Assembly: GCA_963835575.1 (NCBI GenBank)
Contig: CAWIGG010000002.1
Span: forward strand, 672,001 to 736,000
DNA length: 64,000 nt
Direction: 5' to 3'
Source: an uncultured Spirochaetota bacterium
GTDB lineage: Bacteria > Spirochaetota > Brevinematia > Brevinematales > JAOACQ01
The notes below the pieces were generated by a model. It saw only the letters and a program-made list of their open reading frames with translations, was not told the origin of the DNA and searched no databases. The position numbers were made by a program, and so were the translations under genes. Below are positions 20,021 to 31,300 of this stretch, piece by piece. How positions within the stretch are numbered: position 1 is the first letter of the stretch; each line of letters starts with the position of its first letter.

Positions 20021-20613
20021 ATTTTATTCCAAAACCTTTAATTTAATTGTCTTGATTTTTGATCGTATAGTTGAAAGCTTAATTATTAGGACTTTTTTTC
20101 CGATAAAATAGCAATGAAAAATGAAATAATATTTTTCTTAAACCCCTTTACATTTAAAATAAATAGATATATAGTATTTATGGGTAAAAGGGGTTTTATT
20201 CGGCTTTTCAATAAATAAATCCTTTCCGGAGTCAATAACAAAATAATTGACACATCATTAGTTAATTAGAATTTTCTTTCTAAAAAGAATCAGTAATATC
20301 AAGATTTTTGTTGAAATCATATGTATGAAAATTTTACATTTTTTTTGTTTGAGGTGTATAATTTATAGAATGCGAGGAATGCCTCAATACAAAAACAAAT
20401 CAAAAAAGATGTGGATAGTGAGGGATGTTTGAAAAAAAATTAATTAAATATTTATTATTTAATGATTATATAATTTATTTATATATATAGGGAATCTCTA
20501 TCCTCTGGGGGGAGGGTTTGGAGCGTTTCTTTATGAAAATATTTTAGAAAAAGCCTTTAAGAAAATGTTTCTTGAATAATTAATAAGATGTGAATTTTGG
20601 GTGGGAGGAGTTT

Positions 20614-23600
20614 ATGGTGTTTCTGAGAGGGCTTATCTTATTTATTATTTCATGTCTTTTTATTTTTATAAAAGGCTGGTCTTATTATTATTCCCAGAAT
20701 TTTACAGCTACGCCTGCGGGAGCGGGATGGACAACCAATCTCAGATACGGCATTGATACCGGTATAACCAATGAAGCAACATCGGAAACGATTACTTACG
20801 GCGCTGCTGGAGCATCATTCGCCGGATTAATAACCACTGCTATGACAACTATAGATTTGTTAAAAGGCTGTATGCTCAGATATGATACGAGTTATAATGC
20901 CAGCCCAAATCAGCCTTTCGGATATGAAGTGACCAGGAGTTCGGTCCGTTTAGACAGTCATGATGATGCGACAAACCCGGAATCCGGAAGAATGTGGGCG
21001 GCTTTCAGTTTGTGGCTGGTGCAGTATAAAGCCGGAGTGGATAACGGTAACTGGACTGGAATTAAATATGATAATTTTCTTAATTTTATGGAATTTTACC
21101 GGCCGAAACTGGGCAGTGAAGCGGATACAAGGCCGCAAAGTTACTGGGGAAAAAATGATGATATTCTCAGCGGTTATGATCTGTCAGCAATTTCCAATGC
21201 GTCTGAAACCGGGGTCGTTAATTTAACGAACTATCTGCAGTGGTGTTATGATGATTACTGGGGCCGGAATACATATCATACCGGAGGGCATGATAATGCT
21301 TATTCCAATAATGTTAATGTCATCAAGATCCGTGTATCGACTGACGGGGCATATGCCTATCTCTACATCAATCCGAATCCCAATGGCTTAGGCAGTCTTA
21401 ATAACAGCGATGGTACGACAGGATCTTATCCGAACGAGTTTCTTCTTGTCGCAAAAGAAAGCATCAGCTATTCTAATAATTTAATTGCCATGTTCGGTGT
21501 TGAAGCCAATAGAAGCGATCAGCAATTTAACAACGCAGCTGTATCAAATTTTACAATCCGTTCTGTATGCTCTTCCGTAACCTCGGAGATCGCTCCATAT
21601 CAGGTCAAAGCTAATTCAACTACGAGGCTTTATACAGTTATAACACCTGTCTTTTCAAGCGCGAATGAAGCAGGAGTTGGGGAGTTTTATGTTGATATGC
21701 CGGCAGGCTATGCATGGACAAATGAATTTACAAACAGCATCAGCATACAGTGGATTGATACAAACGGTACGGCGGTAAAAACTTTTGGTAAATCATATGG
21801 CGGCGATGCGAATCCGGCAGCCGGTAATGTAAGAATTATTGTCAAAGATCTTTCATCCGGTGATAAAAGACGGCTCAAAGTACGTTTTAATTCATCCGAG
21901 GTGTTTCATCCGGATAACGGCTGCGGAACGGCAGCCACCAACGCGATCCTTTTAATTGTTTCAAATTTTACTTCCGCTGCGATTGCTGATTCGAGCGGCA
22001 AAAGTTTTACAATTTATGTGAATAATGAAAAATATAATGATACCGCATGGACTAAGGTTGCGACGACAGGTAAAATGCAATCCTATGCAGGCGACGCTTA
22101 TAATATGGTATTGTTAGGGCAGGCCGATAATAATACACTGGCATTCCGGACATATAATGATCCTTACGGCGTGGCCGGTCTTTCCGCGGGAATTACGCCG
22201 ACTTCTCCCTATCCCTTCATGTATGAAGGGGATATAAATCAAACACTTTCCTATACTATTTCGGCTAAGGATGCGACGAATAATAATGCCGATATCGGCC
22301 GTGTTGTAATAATAGTTCCTGATGGTTTTACAATAAATTCGAATACCATGGCAAGTCTGCGTATTGACCCGAGTAATATTTCTTTAAGCAACAATTCGGG
22401 GAAGCAATATATTGTTGTGGATTATTCCAAAGCGGGTACGGCTCTTGTGGCTGGGAGCGGGATTGATACCATCAGTTTTCAAAACAATACAACAACCAAT
22501 TTTTTAACAAATGAAGTGATGGTTTTCTGGAAATCTTTATCTTATTCAGCTTTGGCGGGGACTTCCTTTGTCACGAATTCAACCAATTCGGAAATTATTT
22601 ATCAACAGCTTTTAGTCAGAAAAAAGCCGCCGAACGGAGATGGTTATATTGCGGTAAGCCCCAATGTCATTCCAGCTTTAACAAAAAACACTGCCGTCAG
22701 TAATAATTACAGCTATGTTATTCAAAATTTAGGCGATAATGGGAATAATATCAGAAAAGCCCTGATAAATCTTGGAAATTATTTTACAAATGCGGTAAAT
22801 GTTACAAATTCAATTCCAGCGGTGAGTTCCATTTATAGTTCAAATTCATCGGTCTGGATAGAAGTGAATTATGCCGCTTCCGGAAAAGTATTGTCCAATA
22901 ATAATATCGATACTATCAGTTTTACAGCTTATGATAATGTGCAGCCTTTAACAAATGTTATTTTAGTTGGATCGAATACGTCTTATGCGGATAACGGGAA
23001 TGGGGACGGATGGGTTCCGCTTAACCGGGATTCACTGGGGTGGGAAGTTTCATTCTATACGCCTCCTGCAGAGCTCAGAGCGCGGATAATATTCCCTGAA
23101 GATGAATACGGCGGTCCCAATCCATTTAACAGGCATGAGGAATATACTGATATTGATTTCGGCACAAATATTCAAATTGAAGTAAAAAACTGGGGAGAAG
23201 CCGGGAATGACATCTCGCTTGTAAAGATCATCTGTCCTTTTGAGATCACAAATATTTTATCGCTTAATTCTTTAAACGGCGCTTTTTTATCTACAAATAA
23301 AGAAAACGGCTCGAATGTTATTATAGCTTCCTATGCCGGGATGGGTAATTTGAAAGCATCTCTTACCGATCCTTCATTCGGCAGTAATGATATCATTAAT
23401 TTGAATGTTCTGGATTCTATTACTCAGGCAATGGATGTGAGCTTTACGGTTCAAGGTAAAAATACAACAAATTATGCCGACAGTTCCCCTCTTGAGGGCG
23501 GAAATCTCATAATGAATTATATATATCCGCCTGTTATGGCAGACAGCTTTGTATCCGTGTCGAATGGTTTTATTGATGCGGCGACAAATACGGCGACAAT

Positions 23601-26600
23601 AACATATACTATAAATAACCTCGGGAGATATGGAAACAGGATCATTCAGGCATTTGTTTATTTTCCAACCAATTATATCACAAATATTCAATTTAACGGA
23701 AGCCTTCTCGGTGCGGCCGCGAATTATAGCAGCGGCGTTTTAACATTGTCATACGGGAACAAATTTCCAGGCGGAACAAATGATGTAATAAATGTAACTA
23801 TGTGGGACAATGTGGAAAGCGCGAAAACCACATTCGATCTCACCTGCGGTATTACCAATGACCGAGAGCTGTCAAATTCAATTGGAGTTACTTCTAATCA
23901 AACACAAACAGTATATATTACCCCGCCGCCCACTCTCTATTCCTACCGTCTCTTGCCAACAATATTTTATAATGCTAAAATCGGCGCTACTAATACAAAC
24001 CAGCTTGTGATAAGTGTTTCTAACAGAGGATGGGGAAGTAATAAGCTGAACAGGATTAAAATCGATATTCCTCAGGATTTTATAAATGAAGTCACTCTGG
24101 TCAGCAACGCTTTGACTGGACTTATAAATACTTCAAGCGGTCCTTTGCAGATATCCAATAATAATAATATATGGTTGATGTATGACCAGGCTGGTACAAA
24201 TTTGACGGCAGGCGGCAGAGATGACATCTATCTATGGATTGAAGTGAGTTCGACAAATGTCACCAATACAACCTGGACGGTATGGGCGGCTAATAATTCG
24301 ACAAATGATTACAGTCAGAGCCTGACAAATAACGGGTTTATGCTGGACGGCGGAATGAATATGCTGTCGCTTGTCGATAGGCCGCATGGTTATACGGCTA
24401 CCACGGAAGTTCTGACTCCTTCAGTCGTCAATGCTTATACAAACCGGATTAAAAACGGGGATACCATTAATTCAGGGCGTTCGATTTCAAGGGTCAGAAT
24501 AGGAATGCTTTCCATGTTTACTCTGGTCAGTAATATAATGAGCAGTTCTCTCGGAGCATGTACAACGAATGGTAATTATATTATAGTGAATTACGGCGTT
24601 CCGTTAAGTCCCGGATCGCTGGACACAATAGTATATTATGCTTATGATAACTGGACATTCGGTGAAACGAGAGAATCCTTTACATGGGATGTTGATTACG
24701 GCGACGGTTCCGGATGGCATCCGGCGGGCACAACACCCGGACAGACTAATGAAGTTTATTTCAGGAATCCAACAGTAAGCGCCCGTACCTATGTTACACC
24801 CAATCAGGTTTCGCAGGATTTCCCTACGAATAATTATTCATTTTATCTTGAAAATATAGGGGAAAGCGGAAATAATATTGCTGTTGCCAGAATTACAGCC
24901 CCGAATTTTATAACCAATATTTCAAACGCTGTTTCATTGATAAAATCCGGTATAATCACGATAACAAGCAATATTGTCACAATTTATTATACGAATAGTC
25001 TGCTTGCCAGCACAGAAACAGATCTTATCAGTTTAATCGGTTATGATAGTATCAGTAACTCGACAACAAATGATAACTGGCAGTTATATGTTTATAATAC
25101 GACGAATTTTACCGGCGGCGAGAATGCTATAATAGTTGTTGGAAAAAGTCTTGGATTGAATATTGTGGCACCGGATGTCAGGCCGAGGATTTATATCGAA
25201 GCGACAAATTCAGTCTCGGATCAGGAAAAGAATGTTATCTATTCGAGTTTGACTACAAATTATCTGAAATTTTATATTTACAACTTAAGTCCAACAGAAG
25301 ATAGTCTGGATGACAGCATTACAAAGCTGAAAATTACCCTGCCGATGGGCGGAATACTGGATACTAACACGCTGTCCGCGACAAATTTAATCATATCAAA
25401 CGCCGTTACAATTCTATCCAATGGGGCTCTCTGGGTTGATTATTCCTCCTCCAGAATACTTTCGGGACAGCATGATGAAATCCTTATCCGGGTAAATGAT
25501 ACAATTACTCATTCAGAAACGAATTTAACATGGAGCGCTGATGCCGCATTTGTTTCAACTTATAATAATTATAAAAACGCGGCTTTATACTCTTCTGATA
25601 AATCGCTAAGTATTACATACAGAATGCCGCAGCCTGCCGGTTATATTACAATGAATCCGTCTCAGCTTTATCAGAACCAGACTAATTTTGTGATGCATTT
25701 GTCTCTCAGTAATTCAGGCATGGGTACTGCCGATCTGGATTATCTCTGGGTTACTTTGCCTAATGAATTAAAGACCGGTTTTGACTTAACAAAAATATCC
25801 AATACAAAGGCCATAGCGACAAATTATAACAGCGGCACCGGGCAAATCGAGTTTTACTATTCATCGCCGTTATTGACAGGCCAGCAGGATGATATTTATT
25901 TGTCTCTGAATAATGCTTCTGCCGTTTCGACTAATTTATATATTGATTCAAAAGTCAGGGATTTTATATACACCAATACAACATCAATTGAAACAAATAA
26001 AAATCTATTCATTTCGACTTATCCGGCAGTGTCTGTTACACCGAATGTTATTGATACAACGACGTCAACCAATCTTTTGACAATAACTCTGGATAACATT
26101 ATAAACGGCACACTGAATGTGAAAAAAGCCATACTGGTACTTCCTGAAGAATTTACGAATATTATATCCATACAGAGCAGGATTATAACTAATGCGGCCC
26201 ATATTACGGGGACAGCGACAAACCTGGTATTAAATTATGATGATGAGGGAAAAGAAATCGAAGTCGGGGATTATGACGTCATCACTGTTAATTTAGCAGA
26301 TAATTTTAATGTCGGCACTATAACAAACGGGCTGCTGGCTTATGTCAGCGACGGGCAGGGATTCGGCTTTGTGCAGACAAAGGTCAGGGTCTCCGGTTCG
26401 ACTAATATCATATTTCAGATGCCTCAGCCTGTATCACAAAGCAGGCTGTACCCGGACACAATCAGTTTGACGACAACGACAAACAGCATGTCGATATGGA
26501 TAACAAATGAAGGAAGCGGAAGCAGCGCCATACGTTTTGCGAGAATATGGCTGCCGTCCGGGCTCAGCAATGTCTCGCCGGCTATCACAAGCAGCAATAT

Positions 26601-28314
26601 CGGCTTGACTGCATATATACCGGAAAGCAATCTGATTTTTGTTCAATATACTAATGAAAACCTTTTATCGAGCGGTAAAGAGGATTGCCTGAGCTTTATT
26701 TTTACGAATAGAATAAATTCTGTCAGCAATCTTTCGGTCCTGGTTAAGGTCGCGAATTTAACCAATAATCCGCAATACGTTAATTCCCCGGGCGTAATTG
26801 GGCCAAATTTGATGATACGTGTAGATTATCCGCCTGTTGCGGCTGAAGGATATTTTAATAATAGTAATACTTTATATATTATACAAACGAATTCAAGCCT
26901 GACTTACAGGATAATGAACAGGACCTTTGATACGGTGTTAACGCAGGCGGTTATTACTCTGGACACAAATTTATTTACAGGTATAAGCGTTGCAAGTTTA
27001 AAAGCCCTGAGCAGTTCTTTTAACAGCGCCAGCAATCAGATTACATTCAGCTACGATCCATTACAGACAAATTTCGGTTTCAGCGGTTATGATGATATTA
27101 CATTTAATTTTAAGTATTCACTCAGTAATTCATATTTGATACCGGTTCATACAAGGGTTTGGCTGACAGGAAATACAATAACTAATATAGATACGCTTGC
27201 ATCGGCGGGTAATGTTTCATATATTCTGATAACAAATTCTTCATGGGGCGCAGTGAGGGGAACTATATTCCCTTCAATAAAACCAGTTAATGTAAAGCTT
27301 TATTACCCCGGCACAAGTACCGCGGCGACGAATGTAGACGGCGCTGTTATAACGGCCGTATCATCAGGCACGGGAATATATGATATTGATAAAGTTCCCG
27401 CCGGAACTTACAATTTTGAATATACAGCAGCAACTTATAGAACTTATAGAATAAACAATTTTAAGGTAAATGCCAACACACTGAATATAATATCAATAAT
27501 CACAATGGATAATGCGCCTCTGATCGCAGGGCTGACAAATTCCAACCAGGAAGTCGATTGCTATGATGATAATAGAAGCAAGGTGATCTTTTTAACAAAC
27601 GGCATTGAGAAGCAGTTTGCAGTCAATATAAAAAGAATGCCCTTTACTGAGATACAGAAAGAGAAGGTCAATTCTGAAAATCTTATTAAAGAACCGTCAA
27701 CAAAAGATTATTTGAGCAATTATATGTTCGACTTGAGTGATATTAATGATAATCAATTGAAGGGGGCCATTATCACCAATGACGCTATCATGTACCTGGC
27801 TTATGATGTCACTAATATTACATCAAGAGGGTGGAATGAAAATGATCTAGCCATTTATTACTGGGATGAAACAAAACTCAATTCGCGATGGATCAGGTTG
27901 GGCGGAGAAGTTGATAAAGTCAATCAATTTGTAATAGCCAAAGTTAATTACATACATCAATTCTATGCTGTTATGGCTAAAAGCGGAGATGGAAAAAGCA
28001 ACGGCGCCATTAGAAACGTGAGCGTCAGGCCCAAGATATTCACGCCGACCAAGGACCAGAACGGCTATTTTGGAAGCGTCCGTATCAGCTTTGAACTGGA
28101 TCCTGCTCAAAAATATGATAGTTATGAGGTTAAAATATATGATCTACGGGGTGATCTGGTCAAGAGTTTTAAGAGAAGCGGCTCCTACACTCAGGGCGAG
28201 GTCGCATGGGATTCCCGTGACGATGGCGGCTATCCGGTTAAAGGCGGAGTGTATATTTACCGTGTGAAAGCCGGGACGAGTGTTTTTGCCGGCACTATAA
28301 TCATTGTGCGGTGA
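20614..28314 (+). CDS. Giant exported repeat protein A (~2,566 aa): N-terminal head, 13 beta-sandwich-like repeats, carboxypeptidase-regulatory-like domain, FlgD-Ig/T9SS-CTD-like tail
   Basis: Start re-picked at the ATG after GGAGGAG; signal peptide; repeat motif x-I-x-N-x-G...I-xx-A-x-I-xx-P...G-xx-D-x-I; C-terminus PKIFTP...VKIYDLRGDLVKSF...WD...GVYIY...GTIIIVR. Confidence 0.8.
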   Translation: MVFLRGLILFIISCLFIFIKGWSYYYSQNFTATPAGAGWTTNLRYGIDTGITNEATSETITYGAAGASFAGLITTAMTTIDLLKGCMLRYDTSYNASPNQPFGYEVTRSSVRLDSHDDATNPESGRMWAAFSLWLVQYKAGVDNGNWTGIKYDNFLNFMEFYRPKLGSEADTRPQSYWGKNDDILSGYDLSAISNASETGVVNLTNYLQWCYDDYWGRNTYHTGGHDNAYSNNVNVIKIRVSTDGAYAYLYINPNPNGLGSLNNSDGTTGSYPNEFLLVAKESISYSNNLIAMFGVEANRSDQQFNNAAVSNFTIRSVCSSVTSEIAPYQVKANSTTRLYTVITPVFSSANEAGVGEFYVDMPAGYAWTNEFTNSISIQWIDTNGTAVKTFGKSYGGDANPAAGNVRIIVKDLSSGDKRRLKVRFNSSEVFHPDNGCGTAATNAILLIVSNFTSAAIADSSGKSFTIYVNNEKYNDTAWTKVATTGKMQSYAGDAYNMVLLGQADNNTLAFRTYNDPYGVAGLSAGITPTSPYPFMYEGDINQTLSYTISAKDATNNNADIGRVVIIVPDGFTINSNTMASLRIDPSNISLSNNSGKQYIVVDYSKAGTALVAGSGIDTISFQNNTTTNFLTNEVMVFWKSLSYSALAGTSFVTNSTNSEIIYQQLLVRKKPPNGDGYIAVSPNVIPALTKNTAVSNNYSYVIQNLGDNGNNIRKALINLGNYFTNAVNVTNSIPAVSSIYSSNSSVWIEVNYAASGKVLSNNNIDTISFTAYDNVQPLTNVILVGSNTSYADNGNGDGWVPLNRDSLGWEVSFYTPPAELRARIIFPEDEYGGPNPFNRHEEYTDIDFGTNIQIEVKNWGEAGNDISLVKIICPFEITNILSLNSLNGAFLSTNKENGSNVIIASYAGMGNLKASLTDPSFGSNDIINLNVLDSITQAMDVSFTVQGKNTTNYADSSPLEGGNLIMNYIYPPVMADSFVSVSNGFIDAATNTATITYTINNLGRYGNRIIQAFVYFPTNYITNIQFNGSLLGAAANYSSGVLTLSYGNKFPGGTNDVINVTMWDNVESAKTTFDLTCGITNDRELSNSIGVTSNQTQTVYITPPPTLYSYRLLPTIFYNAKIGATNTNQLVISVSNRGWGSNKLNRIKIDIPQDFINEVTLVSNALTGLINTSSGPLQISNNNNIWLMYDQAGTNLTAGGRDDIYLWIEVSSTNVTNTTWTVWAANNSTNDYSQSLTNNGFMLDGGMNMLSLVDRPHGYTATTEVLTPSVVNAYTNRIKNGDTINSGRSISRVRIGMLSMFTLVSNIMSSSLGACTTNGNYIIVNYGVPLSPGSLDTIVYYAYDNWTFGETRESFTWDVDYGDGSGWHPAGTTPGQTNEVYFRNPTVSARTYVTPNQVSQDFPTNNYSFYLENIGESGNNIAVARITAPNFITNISNAVSLIKSGIITITSNIVTIYYTNSLLASTETDLISLIGYDSISNSTTNDNWQLYVYNTTNFTGGENAIIVVGKSLGLNIVAPDVRPRIYIEATNSVSDQEKNVIYSSLTTNYLKFYIYNLSPTEDSLDDSITKLKITLPMGGILDTNTLSATNLIISNAVTILSNGALWVDYSSSRILSGQHDEILIRVNDTITHSETNLTWSADAAFVSTYNNYKNAALYSSDKSLSITYRMPQPAGYITMNPSQLYQNQTNFVMHLSLSNSGMGTADLDYLWVTLPNELKTGFDLTKISNTKAIATNYNSGTGQIEFYYSSPLLTGQQDDIYLSLNNASAVSTNLYIDSKVRDFIYTNTTSIETNKNLFISTYPAVSVTPNVIDTTTSTNLLTITLDNIINGTLNVKKAILVLPEEFTNIISIQSRIITNAAHITGTATNLVLNYDDEGKEIEVGDYDVITVNLADNFNVGTITNGLLAYVSDGQGFGFVQTKVRVSGSTNIIFQMPQPVSQSRLYPDTISLTTTTNSMSIWITNEGSGSSAIRFARIWLPSGLSNVSPAITSSNIGLTAYIPESNLIFVQYTNENLLSSGKEDCLSFIFTNRINSVSNLSVLVKVANLTNNPQYVNSPGVIGPNLMIRVDYPPVAAEGYFNNSNTLYIIQTNSSLTYRIMNRTFDTVLTQAVITLDTNLFTGISVASLKALSSSFNSASNQITFSYDPLQTNFGFSGYDDITFNFKYSLSNSYLIPVHTRVWLTGNTITNIDTLASAGNVSYILITNSSWGAVRGTIFPSIKPVNVKLYYPGTSTAATNVDGAVITAVSSGTGIYDIDKVPAGTYNFEYTAATYRTYRINNFKVNANTLNIISIITMDNAPLIAGLTNSNQEVDCYDDNRSKVIFLTNGIEKQFAVNIKRMPFTEIQKEKVNSENLIKEPSTKDYLSNYMFDLSDINDNQLKGAIITNDAIMYLAYDVTNITSRGWNENDLAIYYWDETKLNSRWIRLGGEVDKVNQFVIAKVNYIHQFYAVMAKSGDGKSNGAIRNVSVRPKIFTPTKDQNGYFGSVRISFELDPAQKYDSYEVKIYDLRGDLVKSFKRSGSYTQGEVAWDSRDDGGYPVKGGVYIYRVKAGTSVFAGTIIIVR

Positions 28315-28324
28315 GGGGGCGGAT

Positions 28325-31300
28325 ATGAATAAAATATTATATTTATCTATAAACTATCTTTTACAGGCAGGGAAAAAAATGCATCTATTTTACCGCTTTA
28401 TACTGGTATTTCTTGCTTTGATTATCTGCAGTTCAGGCTTTTCCCTCTCTTATTATTATTATGAAGATTTTGAAGCAATGCCTACGGCCGCTAATGGGGC
28501 AAGTTATTCTAATAATGGTATTTATTCGACCAACGGATGGAGCTGGAACTATAGATTAGGAAGAGATGTTATAGCTTATGATGTCTGGCATAGCAGTACA
28601 GCAGTAACACCAACTCCTTGGTATGGAGGAGTGGAAATTACAAACAATGGAGGAAATAAACGTCTCTTTATATACGGAAGGCCGAATAATGAAGACCTCT
28701 TCTGGAACAACTGGTGCATCGGGGACGGGATCAAATTCGATCCGAAAAGTAACCAGCAATTAGGTAATAGTTCGATAATAGCCACGCCTGAAAATCCTTT
28801 CGGCTATACGATAGTCAGATATACAACCAGCATTGATGCTTCCTGCGAGTCTCAGGCGCAGGCGGATTATCATAAAGGATTCGTAGGTGCATGGCTCGGC
28901 GAAGATATGCCGGGAAAAACCAATCAGAATGATTCTTTGAATAATTTCATTATATTTGAAGATAAAAGCGGGGACAAAGTACAGAACAGTTACGGATATT
29001 ATTACAATGCGGATTACAGTGTAGATATTACAACATTAACTTCCGATTTTGATGGAAAATCGGTTGGTAATACAGCTCTATTGGGTACTGATTTTAGAAA
29101 AATAATGGATGATAATAACGCAGGATTTAATAATTCAATAAAATACAGCACGGCATATTCAAATCCAGTAACCCGCCCGTTGGGTATCAAAATGACTACA
29201 GACGGTTCAAAAGTGAGAATTTATGTCAATTTCAATCCGACCAATGAAACGGCTTACGGATTGTCCAACAGCTGGGTCCTGATAGTTGAAAAAGACGCGG
29301 CTATTGCACAGGACCTGATTGCGTACTTCGGGGATGAAACAACATATTATCTGCCTGAAGGCATAGAAGCCCAGTACGATAATTTCCTTATAAGGACTGT
29401 TACCAGTAATATTCAAGCTTCCATTTCTCCCCAGAAAGTTGTGACCAATGGTTTTGTCCGCTTTAATATGATCATAACTAATTTTATGGGTACAACCAAT
29501 GACAGCGGTATAGGGGAATTTGTGGTTAAAAAACCTGCCAGTTATACATCAAACTGGATTTTATCCAATGTGAGCATCTCCAATGAATATGGAATGCTGA
29601 CGGTCACAAATACAAATATGAATCCGCCTTCAGGCTACGCATCAGTATCAACAAACTCAAGCGGTGATCTCTATATACGGTTTAACATGTCATCAGGTTC
29701 ATCGCATCAAATACTCACAAACAGCGTAGGGGTAGTTAATCTTCAATTCAGCATCTGGACTTCTCCAAATGCAAACAGCTCTGGCGAGAATTTTGAGGTG
29801 TATGCCGACTGCGTCAAGCATGCCGATACCGGCCCGGATTGGGTTTTTAATCAATCTACCGGTATTAAATACGCTACGACAGGAAAAAAGAAGGCATATC
29901 CTGTTTCATCGGATTCCCTATCGGTGCAAGTCTATACATCACCGGCTGCTTATGCGATGCTGTCTTCGCCGAACAGCCTGGTTGTCGGTCAGGACCAATC
30001 CGCCCTCAGTTTTATTTTATCCACTGAAGGGATATCAGGGGCGCCTAACATATCCTATGCAAGGATTTATATACCGGCCGGATTTACTGTCAGTAATAAC
30101 AATCCGTCGACCAACATCAGTTCAATGGTACTGGGAAGCCAGAGTTTTCAAAATTGCTATCTGACTAATATCAATGGAAGCAATTTTATTTTTATCAATT
30201 ATATGGGCGTGGGAGGCTTCCCGGGAATAAACGGCTGGGACACGATATCTTTCAATAATTACGGAACGCCTGCAATGCCCGGCGGAATCAATTATACGAA
30301 TTTCCTCTGGCAGGTTTCTGTCGACAGTTCGGGAATTATCGGAGGTACAGTCTGGCAGAACACAATAACAAACAGTACTTACAGCCATCAGACATTAAGA
30401 ATGACTATGTCCAATGCTCAGGTTTCAGCTTATATTACGCCTCAGAAAGCCGCTATAAATACCACGGTTCAAAGCAATCAGCTTCGCTACAGCTATTTTA
30501 TTGAAAACACAGGTCAGATAAATAATAATGTTTATGGAATAAGGATTGATATACCCGGGGATTTTTTAACCAACAGTGTAACGAATATCGTGAGTACAAA
30601 CGGCGGTATAACGAAATTATCAAATAGCTCGATCTGGGTAAATTACGCTTCTCCGCTGACGAGCGGTCAGAAGGATACCATCCTGTTTTACGCGACCCAC
30701 ACAAATACGGATGTCAATGCATCCAGTAAATCAGTCCCATTTTATTGTTATGCCGATAACAATAACAGCATAGGATATACAATTCAAAGGGAAGCGGCAG
30801 GACAGACCTGGAGTGTAACAATTGTACCTCCTTTACCGGCGGCGGAAAACCAGCTTTTTATTCCTGTCACGAATATTATCGGGACCAATACCAATGTTAC
30901 AATGAATCCTGTTATTTATACTTCTGATGTGACTAATACATTTATACATAAGATATATAATACCGGTGCTATCGGTGTGAATATTAAACTGGCTGTAATA
31001 TCAGTGGCAACAAACTATATTTCATCAATTTTCAATGTTTCAAGCTCACTGGCTGGCAGCCATTATCAAATCAGCAATATTAACGGAAGCAATTATATTT
31101 ATTTAAAGTATTATGAAAATAACACGAATTTGTTATCAATGGATCAGGACCCGGCGGCGCTTGACACAGTCCAATTTACCGCTGTGGACAGTATAGCGGT
31201 CAATACATTCAGCATTATGCCCACAAATATTGGCATGCCGGTCACCGTTTATAAAACGACTAATGTTTCCATGGATCCGAATGATTACAGCACCTCTGCG

